The translations under genes and the position numbers were made by a program. Below are positions 38,389 to 49,453 of a stretch of 64,000 bases of DNA, piece after piece. Every line of letters begins with the position of its first letter. Position 1 is the stretch's first letter. The DNA comes from Candidatus Bathyarchaeia archaeon (GTDB lineage: Archaea; Thermoproteota; Bathyarchaeia; Bathyarchaeales; Bathycorpusculaceae), in NCBI GenBank assembly GCA_038727135.1, contig JAVYWL010000001.1, forward strand, positions 160,001 to 224,000, in the 5' to 3' direction. The notes below the pieces were generated by a model. The model had not been told where the DNA came from, did no database searches, and saw nothing but the letters and a program-made list of their open reading frames with translations.

Positions 38389-39075
38389 ATGATTAGGGCT
38401 GTTGTCTTCGACCTAGACGGAACAATAGTCAAATTCAACATTGATTTCAGAGCGGTGAGAGCCGAAGTTAGAAGCCTCCTATTAAAGGAAGGTATGCCAG
38501 CATCAGTCCTATCCATAAATGAAAGCATATTTGAAATGCTGAAGAAGATGGAAATTTTCATGAAAAACAACGGAAAACCAGCCAAAAAAATAGAAGAAGT
38601 CCGCAGAAAAGCCTTGGCAATAGCCGAGAACCACGAGTTGGAAGCCGCAAAAACCACAAGCCTCCAACCTGGTGTGAAGGAAATTCTAAAAGCCTTAAAA
38701 GATATGGGCCTAAGGGTTGGCATATGCACCGTCAACAGCCAAAAATCAGTAGACTACATCCTTAAAAAATTCAAGATAGGCGAGTTTTTTGATGCTGTGA
38801 CCACGCGAGACGATGTTAGAAATGTTAAACCCAACACAGAGCACTTGGAAGCCACATTAAAAGCGCTGGGAGTAAACCCGAAAGAGGCTTTAGTCGTGGG
38901 AGACAGTCCAGCAGACATGAAATGTGCTAAAGAGCTTGGCGTAATAGCCGTAGCCTTGCCAACAGGCATGTCAGCACCAAAAGAATTGGCAGACGCTGGA
39001 GCCAACTACATAATAACAACAATAACGGACATACCAACCCTAATAGAGCAAATTAACACTTCCAAAAGTGTTTAA
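38389..39075 (+). CDS. HAD-superfamily hydrolase
   Basis: FDLDGT, KP, VGDS..D. Confidence 0.9.
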   Translation: MIRAVVFDLDGTIVKFNIDFRAVRAEVRSLLLKEGMPASVLSINESIFEMLKKMEIFMKNNGKPAKKIEEVRRKALAIAENHELEAAKTTSLQPGVKEILKALKDMGLRVGICTVNSQKSVDYILKKFKIGEFFDAVTTRDDVRNVKPNTEHLEATLKALGVNPKEALVVGDSPADMKCAKELGVIAVALPTGMSAPKELADAGANYIITTITDIPTLIEQINTSKSV

Positions 39076-39135
39076 TAGAAAGCAGAGACTATTTCAGAAT
39101 AAAACCCGGCGAATTATTTATGGAGAAAGAGGTTA

Positions 39136-39537
39136 ATGAGGGAAGAATCCGCGTGGTGGATTGAGGATGCAAAAAGATGCCTAACAAAGGCTGGAAAATA
39201 TTTAGAACTAGGCTTCTACGAAGACTGTGTTTTTAACTGCCAACAGGCCTTAGAAAAATTGTTTAAGGGCTTGTCAATTGAGCTTCTTAAAAAGAGGCCG
39301 GCTAAAACTCATAAGCTTACAACCCTTTACAAGCCGCTGGAGAAACACGTTCCAATAGACGAGGAGCTTAAGGATTTTCTCTCGCTTATATCGCCCTACT
39401 ACTTCATCACGCGTTACCCAGACATTGCAATGGGATTGCCCAGCGAAATAATAACTGAGAAGTTTGCAAAAGAGTGCCTAACGAAAACTAGGAGGATTTT
39501 CGATTGCTTTCAGAAACTTATATCGAAAAGGAAGTGA
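39136..39537 (+). CDS. HEPN domain protein
   Basis: F.CQQALEK, KTHKL, TRYPD. Confidence 0.88.
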   Translation: MREESAWWIEDAKRCLTKAGKYLELGFYEDCVFNCQQALEKLFKGLSIELLKKRPAKTHKLTTLYKPLEKHVPIDEELKDFLSLISPYYFITRYPDIAMGLPSEIITEKFAKECLTKTRRIFDCFQKLISKRK

Positions 39538-39830
39538 GACGCTACCTAAGAAGTTTGCCAATTAAAGTAGACTTCGCCATCCTCTTCGGCTCAACAGTTT
39601 ACGGTGAAAGACTAAAAGACAGCGACATAGACCTAATAGTGGTTTCAAAGGATTTTGAGGGAATGCCCTTCGAGAGAAGAATGCTAATATTGCAGAAGAG
39701 CTGGAAGCACGACGTGATGCTCGAAGCTTTCGGATTCACACCAAAAGAATTTGAAAAACTCAAAAACAAAAGCATAGTCGTCCAAGAAGCCGTCGAAAAG
39801 GGAAAGAAAATCCTAGTTCGTAGACCTTAA
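39504..39830 (+). CDS. Minimal nucleotidyltransferase (MNT)
   Basis: LFGS..YG...DSDIDLIVVS. Confidence 0.88.
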   Translation: MLSETYIEKEVRRYLRSLPIKVDFAILFGSTVYGERLKDSDIDLIVVSKDFEGMPFERRMLILQKSWKHDVMLEAFGFTPKEFEKLKNKSIVVQEAVEKGKKILVRRP

Positions 39831-39944
39831 ACTCTGTGAAGATGAAGTTTATGGTTGAGTTTGTACACAAAGCACAAAAGTCAATCAAGTAATTTTTGGG
39901 TATCCGTTGCCGACAGAAGTCTAGTATAAAAAAGTGTTGGATGA

Positions 39945-42819
39945 TTAATGTTTTACTTCCTTGTTTGTTGTTTTATGTTTTGTTGCCACAAAGGCTGTTG
40001 TTAGGATTGCCATTAGAGTGATGTAAAGTAGAAATGTCTCGTTTTTCACGTTAACGTTTATTGGGTTTATCGGTGTTGAGTGCCCTCCGACCGGGACGGA
40101 TATGACTGTTATTCTGGCAGTTTCGGATTGCGCCGTATTTCCTTTATCATCTGTCACTTTGAGGTATACGTAGAATATTTCGTCTGTCGTTGGCGTAAAT
40201 GTCCATGTATCTGATGTGGCGCCTAAAATCGGATTATTGTTTAAATACCATTTGTAACTGTATGGTGTTGTTCCACCAGAGACTGTTGATGTAAATTTTA
40301 TTGACTGCCCCACAAGAACTGACGCTGAAAGCGGACTTATGGAAACTGAAAGCGATGGCGGTGAAGGCGAATATGTGAACACTGCTTTTAAAGTGTGGTT
40401 GCTGTCCATTAGAACAGAATATGGATTTGCTGATCCAACATTAACTGTATCGAGTTCCCAGTGGTTGAATATGTAATTTGTGTCTGCGATTGCTGTAACC
40501 TGAACTATTGTGTTGGCTGCGTAGCTGTACGTGCCTGGGGCAGGACTTGTTGTCCCGCCTGCGGTAGTTAAAATTGTCAGGGAGGATGTTGCGGGAGGAG
40601 GCAGCCCCATTATGGCGAAGAGGCTTAGGTGATATATTTTTGCCCAAACATAGCCCGCATATCCAGGAACATCTGACGGTGTAACCACGCCTGTATCATT
40701 TTCAAGTATCCAGTTTGTTCCATTCCAGTAGAACATGCGCAATGTTGACTGGTCGACATATACGGATATTACTTCTTGTTCCATGTAATAGATGCGGATT
40801 TCTATTGGAAATTTTATGTTTTCTGGTGGTAAGTCAGTGTCAATGATCACGCATTTCACATAATGGACTTCCATGCCCATCTCAATAGTTCCTTCAAGGT
40901 TTATGTCATAACTGTTTATGGTTAGGTTTCCAGGAGCGGTTGTGTTAATAAAAACCAGAGTATCTGTCCTATTCATTGCGTTGACTATGTTCTCGCCAGG
41001 AATTAAAGGCGCTGGTGATATATGCTCTTTCCATTGAACATAAAAGTAATTGCTTCCATAGGAGCCTATTACTGTATTATAATACCATCCTTGAACCCAT
41101 TCACGCTCAAACCTTCTTCCAAATGACTGATACAGAGGTACTGCCGGACAATCTTCAAAATAAAGCCTCTGAAGTTCATAGTAAATCTCCTTACGTAACG
41201 CCTCACTAGTTTCAGCCACTCCAAGATCCGCAAGAGCGTCAATTGTTTCGTTCTTATAATTTTGCATAGCAGGAAGAGCTCTACCGCTTCTCATAAAACC
41301 GTAAGCAAAATCATGTGGATCAGCAAAGTCAGCAAGCCAGCCAACCATAAAGATTGGTGCTTCATGTCTAGGCACTAGATAATTAAATAATATACCCCAA
41401 GTTATACCTTGTATTTGAACATGAAACTTTGGATTAAGCGCTTCAACATTTTCTTTAAGGATCTCGCACTCTTGTAAGCGGATAATGTTTCCCACATTAT
41501 AAAGAATAGTGACATTAAAGCCGTTTGCCCACACTTGCCCATTCCAAGCCTTCTGAAAATACTCAGCAGCCTTCGTTAAATTGAATGTATACTTCTGTTG
41601 CAGGATTGTAGAATGGCAAGCCAGGTATTATGGGGGTAGCAGGTTGAAGAACGTCTCCTTGTAAAACATCCCTGATCAGTTTTGTATAGTTGAAGGCATA
41701 CGCAAAGCCCTTTCTAACATTTATATCAACGAAAAATTCTGGTGGTATTCCACTTTCGTTGAATGTTCCTGGTGGTAGACCTCCTGGCACGCCGAGGTAA
41801 GGGCTTGTTGTTGAAATGTTAAACGTGAAGAACATTGCATCACATATCAATTGAGGTAATGGATATACGCAGCGAACACCAGGTTGTCCCAACACTTCGC
41901 TCCAAGAAGTTCGTGGAACTTCAACGCTATCCAGTTCCCCCGAAAGAAATAGATCTCTTCTTGTTTCCCAGTCCCATATTCCCCGGACAGTAACTCTTTG
42001 GAGGAAATTATTCGCGCCTGGAGCAGGCCAACCACCCCAATAATCATCAAATTTAATCAAGGAGTAATTTACGCCTCTTTCATAGTAATCAAGCATAAAA
42101 GGTCCAGTTCCGCACATTGCATCAATATGTGGTCCCGGTGGTTCAGTATTCACCAAATTTATCTGAGAATTTTCGGGTCTGTTGTAGAGCGTCCAGTTGT
42201 CCCACGTTCCAGGCCATTCACCATGCGCAATGCACCAGTCCTTGTTGACTATAAATCCATAAACTGATAAGACTTGTAAAAATGGCACATAAGGTCTCGA
42301 TAAATGAAAAGTAACTGTTGTGTCGGTTCTTGTGACGGCAGCATCCAGTAGAGACGCATTAACAATGATGTTTCCATACTCGTCTCTGCTTCCGGCTAAA
42401 CCAAAAAGTGCATCGTAAAGGAAAGCAGCCGGCCATTTGATATCCAACACAAGAATGCGCTCAAAGGAATACTCAACATCCTCTGTTGTAAGCGTATCAC
42501 CATTGTGGAACTTCACACCCTGCCTTATCGTGAAAGTGTAGTTAAGGCCATCAGCGCTTATGGTCCAAGAGGTGGCAAGCCGAGGAACAAAACTGTTGAT
42601 CCGCTCTCGATTATAGAATATTAAAGGTTCATAAACATTCAAGGTCAACTCAAAATCATTGGTAGACCACAGCAGAGCAGGGTCGATGTTTTCAGGCAAA
42701 TCCCTACGCGCAATTATCATATGATCTGGATTCGGCACAGTTTCCGAATTAACTATTGGAATCAAACCAGATAGCAATGACAGCAGTATCACGCTGACAA
42801 AAAAGTTTTCTTTATTCAC
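39945..42819 (-). pseudogene. OppA/DppA-type solute-binding protein fused to Ig-like surface domains, split by a frameshift near 41600
   Basis: N-half VYEPL/GVKFHNG/GTGPF ends YNPA; other frame resumes QQKYTFNLTKAAEYFQKAWNG...GWLADFADP, then Ig/PKD-like domains and C-terminal TM. Confidence 0.8.
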
Positions 42820-43025
42820 ACTCTCCCTTCTCCTAACAGCGATAATGCGTCCATTTTAAATTTTTTACAATATAACGTTTATGGAAGTAAATTCTATTTA
42901 AAATGCCTAATTCTCCGTTGTGCTTTGTTAATGCTTTTTATGGAAATGACAAATAACTCCTTATTGTATATGAGAAAGCACTTATTTTTGGATTTTGAGT
43001 CGGGTATGCACAAGACAACAATAAT

Positions 43026-43430
43026 TTACTTGGACGTGAAGTAGTATCTTGGCCATTGGGGCCATTGTTGAGTTTGCTGGGGTTCTTCGAACTCCATTTT
43101 TAGGGGCATTCCAACCCTTATTTTGTCCAGTGGCACGTTTTTTATCATTCCTGGGATTTTTACTCCGTTTTCTAGTTGGATTATACCTACAGCGTATGGC
43201 GCCATGTTTTGGAATTGGGTCGGCGCCACGTGGATTATCGTATATGTTAGGAGTTTGCCAGTTTTTGGCATTTCAGCCCATTCGAATTCTGTTGATAGGC
43301 ATTTGTCGCATAATGGCCTCGGCGGCAGGTGGATTTTTCCGCATTTTCGGCATTTTCCGCCCATTAGCTTTTTCTGGCTTATGTTTTTGTAGAACTGCTC
43401 TATTGTGAAGTTTTGAGGTTGCTCGGTCAT
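43026..43430 (-). CDS. DUF35 Zn-ribbon/OB-fold protein
   Basis: CRKCG...PPR..CDKC, GKLLTYT. Confidence 0.9.
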   Translation of the reverse strand: MTEQPQNFTIEQFYKNISQKKLMGGKCRKCGKIHLPPRPLCDKCLSTEFEWAEMPKTGKLLTYTIIHVAPTQFQNMAPYAVGIIQLENGVKIPGMIKNVPLDKIRVGMPLKMEFEEPQQTQQWPQWPRYYFTSK

Positions 43431-43436
43431 GCGCTT

Positions 43437-44609
43437 TTACCCCCTCTTGTAGATGTGGACGGTGGCTGTGGCGCCCGAACCACCCACATTATGTGTTAGG
43501 CCTATTTCCGCGTCGTCCACTTGCCGCTTGTCAGCCTGTCCAGTAAACTGTAGGTATATCTCGTAGGCTTGGGCTGTCCCTGTGGCGCCTACTGGGTGGC
43601 CCTTCGCCTTTAGGCCTCCGCTCGTGTTGACTGGGATTCTGCCCTTTAAGGTTGTTTCGCCCTTTTCTGCTAGTTTTCCGCCTTCGCCAGGTTTGCAGAA
43701 GCCCAAGTCTTCGTAGGCTATTATTTCGGCAATGGTGAAGCAGTCGTGGACTTCAGCCACGTCGATGTCTTCTGGCGTTACACCAGCCATTTCGTAGGCT
43801 TGTTTTGCCGCTAGTTTTGCGGCTCTAAGCGACGTGAAGTCGTCTCTTTCGTAAATGCCAATCGTGTCGCTTGCCTGTCCGCTTCCAATTATGTGGACTG
43901 GTGTGTCCGTGAATTTTTTGGCTATTTCAGGCCTTGTCAGTATGATGCAGCTTGCCCCATCCGTTATTAGCGAACAATCATAGAGTTTCAGTGGCCAGGC
44001 GATAACCCGTGAGGTTAAGGCTTGTTCTAGGGTTATCTCTTTTTGCATGTGGGCTTTTGGGTTTAGGCTTCCGTTGTAATGGTTTTTTACGGCAACATGC
44101 GCCAACTGCACTTCTGTTGTGCCGTACTTGTGCATGTGAGCCGTAGCCATCAACGCATATAATCCTGGAAAGGTTATGCCGTGCCACTGTTCGAAGGGAA
44201 AATCCGAAGCCATAGCCAAAAACTCCGTGACTTCGGGGGTGCTTCGATGGGTCATTTTTTCAACGCCGCCAGCCATGACAACATCACATAAGCCCGATGC
44301 AACTGCAAATATGGCCGCCCTTAAGGCTGCGCCAGAAGAACTGCAAGCCGCCTCTATTCTCGTTGCTGGAATATGCAGCAGTCCAGCCCAGTCTGCTGCC
44401 GTCGCGCCCGTGTGCCCTTGATGCTCGTAGGATTCGCCCATATGTCCAATAAATAGGGCTTTTATGTCTCTTTTTGGGTCTAGTTTTGGGCAGCGTTCAT
44501 AAGCCTCTTTTGCCGCTTGGGCAAAAATCTCGCGAGCGTATAGGCCTTCAAGCCTCCCAAATTTTGATAAGCCTGCAGAAACTATTGAGGCGAGGGGTTT
44601 TCCCTTCAA
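43437..44609 (-). CDS. SCP2-type thiolase (catalytic residues intact)
   Basis: EAACSS, EVHDCF, GHPVGATG. Confidence 0.92.
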   Translation of the reverse strand: MKGKPLASIVSAGLSKFGRLEGLYAREIFAQAAKEAYERCPKLDPKRDIKALFIGHMGESYEHQGHTGATAADWAGLLHIPATRIEAACSSSGAALRAAIFAVASGLCDVVMAGGVEKMTHRSTPEVTEFLAMASDFPFEQWHGITFPGLYALMATAHMHKYGTTEVQLAHVAVKNHYNGSLNPKAHMQKEITLEQALTSRVIAWPLKLYDCSLITDGASCIILTRPEIAKKFTDTPVHIIGSGQASDTIGIYERDDFTSLRAAKLAAKQAYEMAGVTPEDIDVAEVHDCFTIAEIIAYEDLGFCKPGEGGKLAEKGETTLKGRIPVNTSGGLKAKGHPVGATGTAQAYEIYLQFTGQADKRQVDDAEIGLTHNVGGSGATATVHIYKRG

Positions 44610-44766
44610 ATTAAACTTCTCCCAGAGTTAACCTTTTGGAGAAAATCCATAGTTGAGAACAAGTATTTAAGTTTCTTCAACGCTTCGGCTGATTTTCCAC
44701 GAAAAGTTTTATGTGAACACTGGTTTAAACTATAGCCTCTAAAATGGAGAAAAGGAAGGAGAAATT

Positions 44767-45924
44767 ATGAGCGAAGTTGCAATTGTTGGTGTTGGATGCG
44801 TTGGCTTTAGACCAGTAACACCAGAGCTTTCCTACAAGGAGTTGATGTTTGAGGCGGCGGTTAAAGCCTACGAGGATGCTGGCGGAATAAACCCGAGGGA
44901 GGACATAGACGTTTTCGTGACTTGTGCCGAGGACTATTTGGAAGGCTTCAGCATATTCGACGAGTTCGTCCCAGACCAGCTTGGCGCCGCCCTACGCCAC
45001 TTGTTCACTGTTTCAGGCGATGGCATGCTTGGATTGGCAACAGCCTACATGCTAATAAAGACTGGATATTTTGACACGGTCGTCGTGGAAGCCCACAGCA
45101 AAGCCTCAGATATATTAACATACATGGACATTGTCCAGTTTGGGCTCGACCCAATTTTTAACAGGCCTTTGGGCGGGCATCCCTACTACATTGCTGGATT
45201 GGAGATGAACCGTTACCTGCATGATACTGGCACAACGGAGGAGCAGTGCGCTCAGGTTGTAGTCAAAAATAAGAGGAACGCTATCCTTAATCCGTATGCT
45301 GCTTATGGTGCAGACATAACCCTGAACCAAGTCGTGCATTCAGAGAAGCTTTTCCACCCGCTGAAAAAGCTGGAGATAAGCACACCGGCAGACGGCTGCA
45401 TAGTCATGGTTCTAGCCTCTGAAAAGGTTGCAGAAAAGCTCACTGACAAGCCGGTTTGGGTTAAGGGTGTAGGATGGTGCACCGAAACCCCAAGCCTAGA
45501 AACCCGCGACTGGACAAGGGCCGTTTACACAAGACTGGCAGCTGAGATGGCCTACAAAGAGGCTAAAATCGCTAATCCTTGGCGTGATATAGACTTTGCT
45601 GAAATCCACGACTTATTCGCTTATAAAGAACTGCAACACATGGAAGCCCTAAAACTATGCGATTATGGAATGGCCGGCAAACTAACAGAGGAAGGCCTAA
45701 CAGCCCTAGACGGTGAGTTTCCAGTAAACCCGTCTGGCGGATTGCTTGGAATGGGTTATGGGTTGGAGGCTTCTGGACTTCAAAAAGTGCTTGAAGTCGT
45801 CCTACAATTAAGAGGCGAGGCTGGAGCAAGGCAGGTTGAAGATGCTGAGGTGGGTTTAGCCCACACGTGGCGTGGAATCCCAACAGCAACTGGCGCCGTG
45901 GCCATTTTAAGCAATGTTAAATGA
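44767..45924 (+). CDS. Thiolase-like protein lacking nucleophilic Cys
   Basis: Thiolase fold; VSGDG replaces C-motif, GYG replaces GHP. Confidence 0.85.
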   Translation: MSEVAIVGVGCVGFRPVTPELSYKELMFEAAVKAYEDAGGINPREDIDVFVTCAEDYLEGFSIFDEFVPDQLGAALRHLFTVSGDGMLGLATAYMLIKTGYFDTVVVEAHSKASDILTYMDIVQFGLDPIFNRPLGGHPYYIAGLEMNRYLHDTGTTEEQCAQVVVKNKRNAILNPYAAYGADITLNQVVHSEKLFHPLKKLEISTPADGCIVMVLASEKVAEKLTDKPVWVKGVGWCTETPSLETRDWTRAVYTRLAAEMAYKEAKIANPWRDIDFAEIHDLFAYKELQHMEALKLCDYGMAGKLTEEGLTALDGEFPVNPSGGLLGMGYGLEASGLQKVLEVVLQLRGEAGARQVEDAEVGLAHTWRGIPTATGAVAILSNVK

Positions 45925-45941
45925 GTAGGGGTGCATGAAGC

Positions 45942-47108
45942 ATGTTTGGAAAGAAGAGAGTAGCCATAGTCGGTGCGGGTGTAACCTTATTCAGAAGAAA
46001 CTTGAAAGAGACCGGGAAAGAGCTGGCTTACCACGCGGCTAAAATGGCATTGGAACAGGCTGGGATGGAGCTCCGCGACATCCAAAGCGTTGTCATGGGA
46101 ACAGCTCCAGACGCCTTCGACGGAGTCCACATGAAAGGCGAATATTTGGCGGATGGAGCTGGAGCCTACCACAAACCATACACAAGGGTTTATGTCGGCG
46201 GCGGAACAGGCGTTTTCGCGCCTTTGGCTGGCTGGTGGCACGTAGCCTCTGGAAAGTTTGACACGTGCCTAGTTGTCTGTGAGGAGAAAATGTCATCTTG
46301 CTATCCGCATCCACAGTACGCCTTCACAACAATATTCGACCCAATTCTCGAGCGGCCAATTGGCATGAACCTCATATGGATTTTCGCCCTTGAAATGAAC
46401 CGTTACATGCACAAACACAATATAAAGAAGGAGGACATAGCCCTAGTCTCTGTTAAAAATAAGCGGAACGCCCTAGACAACCCCATAGCCCAGCTAGGCG
46501 CCAACATAACAGTAGAAGACGTCTTAAACTCTGAAATAATGGCTTGGCCAGTCCAACGCCTAGATGTAAGCCCAACAAGCGATGGGGCAGCCGCAGCGGT
46601 ACTGGTTTCAGAAGACATTGCGAAAGAAGTTACAGACAACCCTGTATGGATTGACGGCGTCGGCTGGTGCATAGACTCAACGCATTGGACAGACCGCGAC
46701 TTGTATTATCCGGATTATGTAGAGTATGCGGCTCGCATGGCTTACAAGATGGCGGGGATTAAGAATCCGCCTAAAGAGATTGATGTGGCTGAGCCCTACG
46801 ACCCCTTCGACTATAAGGAGCTGCACCACATGGAGGGCTTACTATTATGCAAGAAGGGCGAGGCGCCAAAGCTGACAAGAGAGGGTGTAACCCAAAGGGA
46901 CGGAGACCTACCCATATGCCCATCCGGCGGACTGTTAGGATGCGGAAATCCAATAGCGGCGGCTGGCATGATGAAAGTGTGCGAAATCTTCTGGCAACTG
47001 CGAGGCGAGGCCGGCAAAAGACAAGTGCCCGGGGATCCAAGAACCGGCGTGGCGCAAGCGTGGGGTGACCTAATGCAGTACGGCTCAGTAATAGTGTTGA
47101 GGCGCTAA
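45942..47108 (+). CDS. Thiolase-like protein (Ltp3-like) lacking nucleophilic Cys
   Basis: YVGGGTG, EPYDPF, GNPIAAAG. Confidence 0.85.
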   Translation: MFGKKRVAIVGAGVTLFRRNLKETGKELAYHAAKMALEQAGMELRDIQSVVMGTAPDAFDGVHMKGEYLADGAGAYHKPYTRVYVGGGTGVFAPLAGWWHVASGKFDTCLVVCEEKMSSCYPHPQYAFTTIFDPILERPIGMNLIWIFALEMNRYMHKHNIKKEDIALVSVKNKRNALDNPIAQLGANITVEDVLNSEIMAWPVQRLDVSPTSDGAAAAVLVSEDIAKEVTDNPVWIDGVGWCIDSTHWTDRDLYYPDYVEYAARMAYKMAGIKNPPKEIDVAEPYDPFDYKELHHMEGLLLCKKGEAPKLTREGVTQRDGDLPICPSGGLLGCGNPIAAAGMMKVCEIFWQLRGEAGKRQVPGDPRTGVAQAWGDLMQYGSVIVLRR

Positions 47109-47124
47109 AAAGGAGGCGAATGGA

Positions 47125-47640
47125 ATGAGTGTTAAAATTAAGCATTTTCCTGGCGAGGAGATTGAAACAAAAGACTTCCGCGAGGGAAAAGTGCTCTTTG
47201 AGAGTTTCCATCCAAAAGCCAAGTACGCGTGGAGTGCTGGCATAGCCATAAGCCGATTCCTAGAAGAGCTTAAGAATGGGCGGATCATTGCCACGACATG
47301 CAGCAGGTGCAAGCGCATAATAGTTCCACCGAGGATTTACTGCGAAAAATGCTTCAAACCAACAGACGGCTGGACTTATGTGAAGGATACGGGCGTAATC
47401 AACACATTTTCAGTCTCGTTTATCGCCGCTGATGCCTCTAGGCTAAAGGAACCCATAGTTGTGGCTATAATAAACTTGGACGGCGCTACGGAAGGCATGG
47501 GCATAGTCCACTTGCTAGGCGAATACGGCGATTGGAGGGAAATAAAAATTGGAATGCGTGTCAAAGCCGTCTGGAAGCCACCGGAAGAACGCAAAGGCGC
47601 CATCACAGACATAAAATACTTCAAACCAATAAGGGAGTGA
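47125..47640 (+). CDS. DUF35 Zn-ribbon/OB-fold protein
   Basis: CSRC...PPRIYCEKC. Confidence 0.9.
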   Translation: MSVKIKHFPGEEIETKDFREGKVLFESFHPKAKYAWSAGIAISRFLEELKNGRIIATTCSRCKRIIVPPRIYCEKCFKPTDGWTYVKDTGVINTFSVSFIAADASRLKEPIVVAIINLDGATEGMGIVHLLGEYGDWREIKIGMRVKAVWKPPEERKGAITDIKYFKPIRE

Positions 47641-47646
47641 AAAGCC

Positions 47647-48114
47647 ATGAGCCTTGAAAAAATAACCAACCCGTTAAATGCCCGCCACTGGATAGGCCAC
47701 ATGGAGGCAGACTACCGCTACACGCTTGGCATTGCTGGAGAACGCTTCTTGAAAGAGATTAAGGAAAACGCCCGAATAATGGGGGCTAAATGCCCAAAAT
47801 GTGGAGTAATCTTTGTTCCACCAAGGCTTTACTGCGAAAAGTGCTTTGCAAAACTTGAAGAGTGGGTTGACGTAGGCAAACGCGGCGAAGTCTATACATA
47901 CACGATAGCCACCATAGATGTTGATGGCAAAAAACTCGAGAAGCCCCAAATATACGCGCTGATAAAGTTTGAGGGCGCCCACGGCGGACTAATCCACAAA
48001 ATAGGCGAAACAGACAAAGTCTACATTGGAATGAAAGTTGAAGCCGTTTTCAAACCGCCCAGCGAGAGAAAAGCCTCCATAAACGACATAGCCTACTTCA
48101 AATCAGCCGAATAG
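47647..48114 (+). CDS. DUF35 Zn-ribbon/OB-fold protein
   Basis: CPKC...PPRLYCEKC. Confidence 0.9.
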   Translation: MSLEKITNPLNARHWIGHMEADYRYTLGIAGERFLKEIKENARIMGAKCPKCGVIFVPPRLYCEKCFAKLEEWVDVGKRGEVYTYTIATIDVDGKKLEKPQIYALIKFEGAHGGLIHKIGETDKVYIGMKVEAVFKPPSERKASINDIAYFKSAE

Positions 48115-48173
48115 CTTACACCCTATCCTCTTTTTATCGTCGAATCCAACTCTTTTGCCGTGGCTTAACCCTT

Positions 48174-48709
48174 TCAGCGGCAGTGCCTTCTTCTTTTTAG
48201 CCAGATTATTATTGGAGTTGCGGAAAGCATTAACAAAGGAAGAAGCGCCATAAGTGTTTGGAATTCTGGAACGATTGTTATTTCTACTGTTGAGTGAGGG
48301 TAAGTAAAGTAGATGATGCTTAATGTTTCATTCTCAAATATCGGCGTGTACTCCACTTGAACGTCGTTCACTTTTATGACAAACTGTGGCTGCATAAGAC
48401 TGTGGGGTATTGTCAGCCTACAGAACCCATAAGTCTGCCCTATCTGCGATTCAGAGGCATGCATCACAATTGTTCCATTAGAAGTGAAGTATTGGAAGCT
48501 GTCTATTGTTGAGTTAGAAATTATGTCAACATTGAAGCCAAGCGGCGTGCTGAAGCTTCTAAAGGAACCCATTAGGGGATAATTGTCAAAGTTTTCTTCT
48601 GAGAGGTTGTATGGTGTGTCGCCTATGCCATCCCCGTCGGCGTCTTCGCCTTCATAATCGTCCCAATAGCTGGAGGTTGTTATGTTGCCGTCCCAATGGT
48701 TGCGAACGA
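48174..48709 (-). pseudogene. 3' remnant of NosD/CASH beta-helix surface protein with PEF-type C-terminal anchor
   Basis: In-frame NHWDG...YWDDYEGEDADGDGIGDTPY...DNYPLM upstream of the listed ORF; VPEF + TM + RRR; no start codon. Confidence 0.7.
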
Positions 48710-49438
48710 TTATCGTATTATTGGATAGATTTTTTCCAATGGTTTTTTAAGCAGATAGTAGGATAGGTAGTTCTTCCACCAGTATATGTGGCTTTTGAGA
48801 AAGCCCCAACTTTTCAGCCTTCTGCTCGACTCGTAAACTGGCTTATTTAGAACAGCAACCTTGCCAATACGTTGGACTCGAACTATGAAGTCCGTTATTT
48901 CCATTACGCTGAGCTTTTCGTCGAAACCTCCAACTTTATTAAGCACGTCCTTTTTAACCGCGAAGAAATCACCCCTATTATAGAATTTTAATAAGAATGG
49001 AATTTTTCTGCAAGCTTTTATGAAAGTTATGTCGATGGCGTAGAAGATTTTCTGCGCAAGAGTGGGCTTTTTGTCGTAGGTCTGAACATATGACACGGCT
49101 GCAACAACATCATCTTCTTTGAAAGTTTCCAGCAATTCTCTGAAAATGCATCCTTTAGGGACAGAGTCGGCGTCCATGTAAACAATTATGTCTCCGCGGG
49201 CTTTTGATGCCCCATAGTTCCTTGCCTTTGCAAGCCCCTTTTCATCAAACTTGAAAACTTTATCGGTAAAACATTTTGCAATCCGAAAGGTTAAGTCGTT
49301 ATCGCTGCTATCCACAACGATGATTTCGGCGTTAACCCCGCACGAGTTCAAGACTTTTTTAAGAGTGCGTAGTGTTCCGCCAATGTATTCCTCTTCGTTT
49401 AATGTGGCGAATATAATTGATATGAAACTTTGCTCCAT
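48710..49438 (-). CDS. GT2 glycosyltransferase
   Basis: ISII..TLNEE, ARNYGA, YMDAD, GGFDE. Confidence 0.9.
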   Translation of the reverse strand: MEQSFISIIFATLNEEEYIGGTLRTLKKVLNSCGVNAEIIVVDSSDNDLTFRIAKCFTDKVFKFDEKGLAKARNYGASKARGDIIVYMDADSVPKGCIFRELLETFKEDDVVAAVSYVQTYDKKPTLAQKIFYAIDITFIKACRKIPFLLKFYNRGDFFAVKKDVLNKVGGFDEKLSVMEITDFIVRVQRIGKVAVLNKPVYESSRRLKSWGFLKSHIYWWKNYLSYYLLKKPLEKIYPIIR

Positions 49439-49453
49439 AAATCTTCCACAAGT

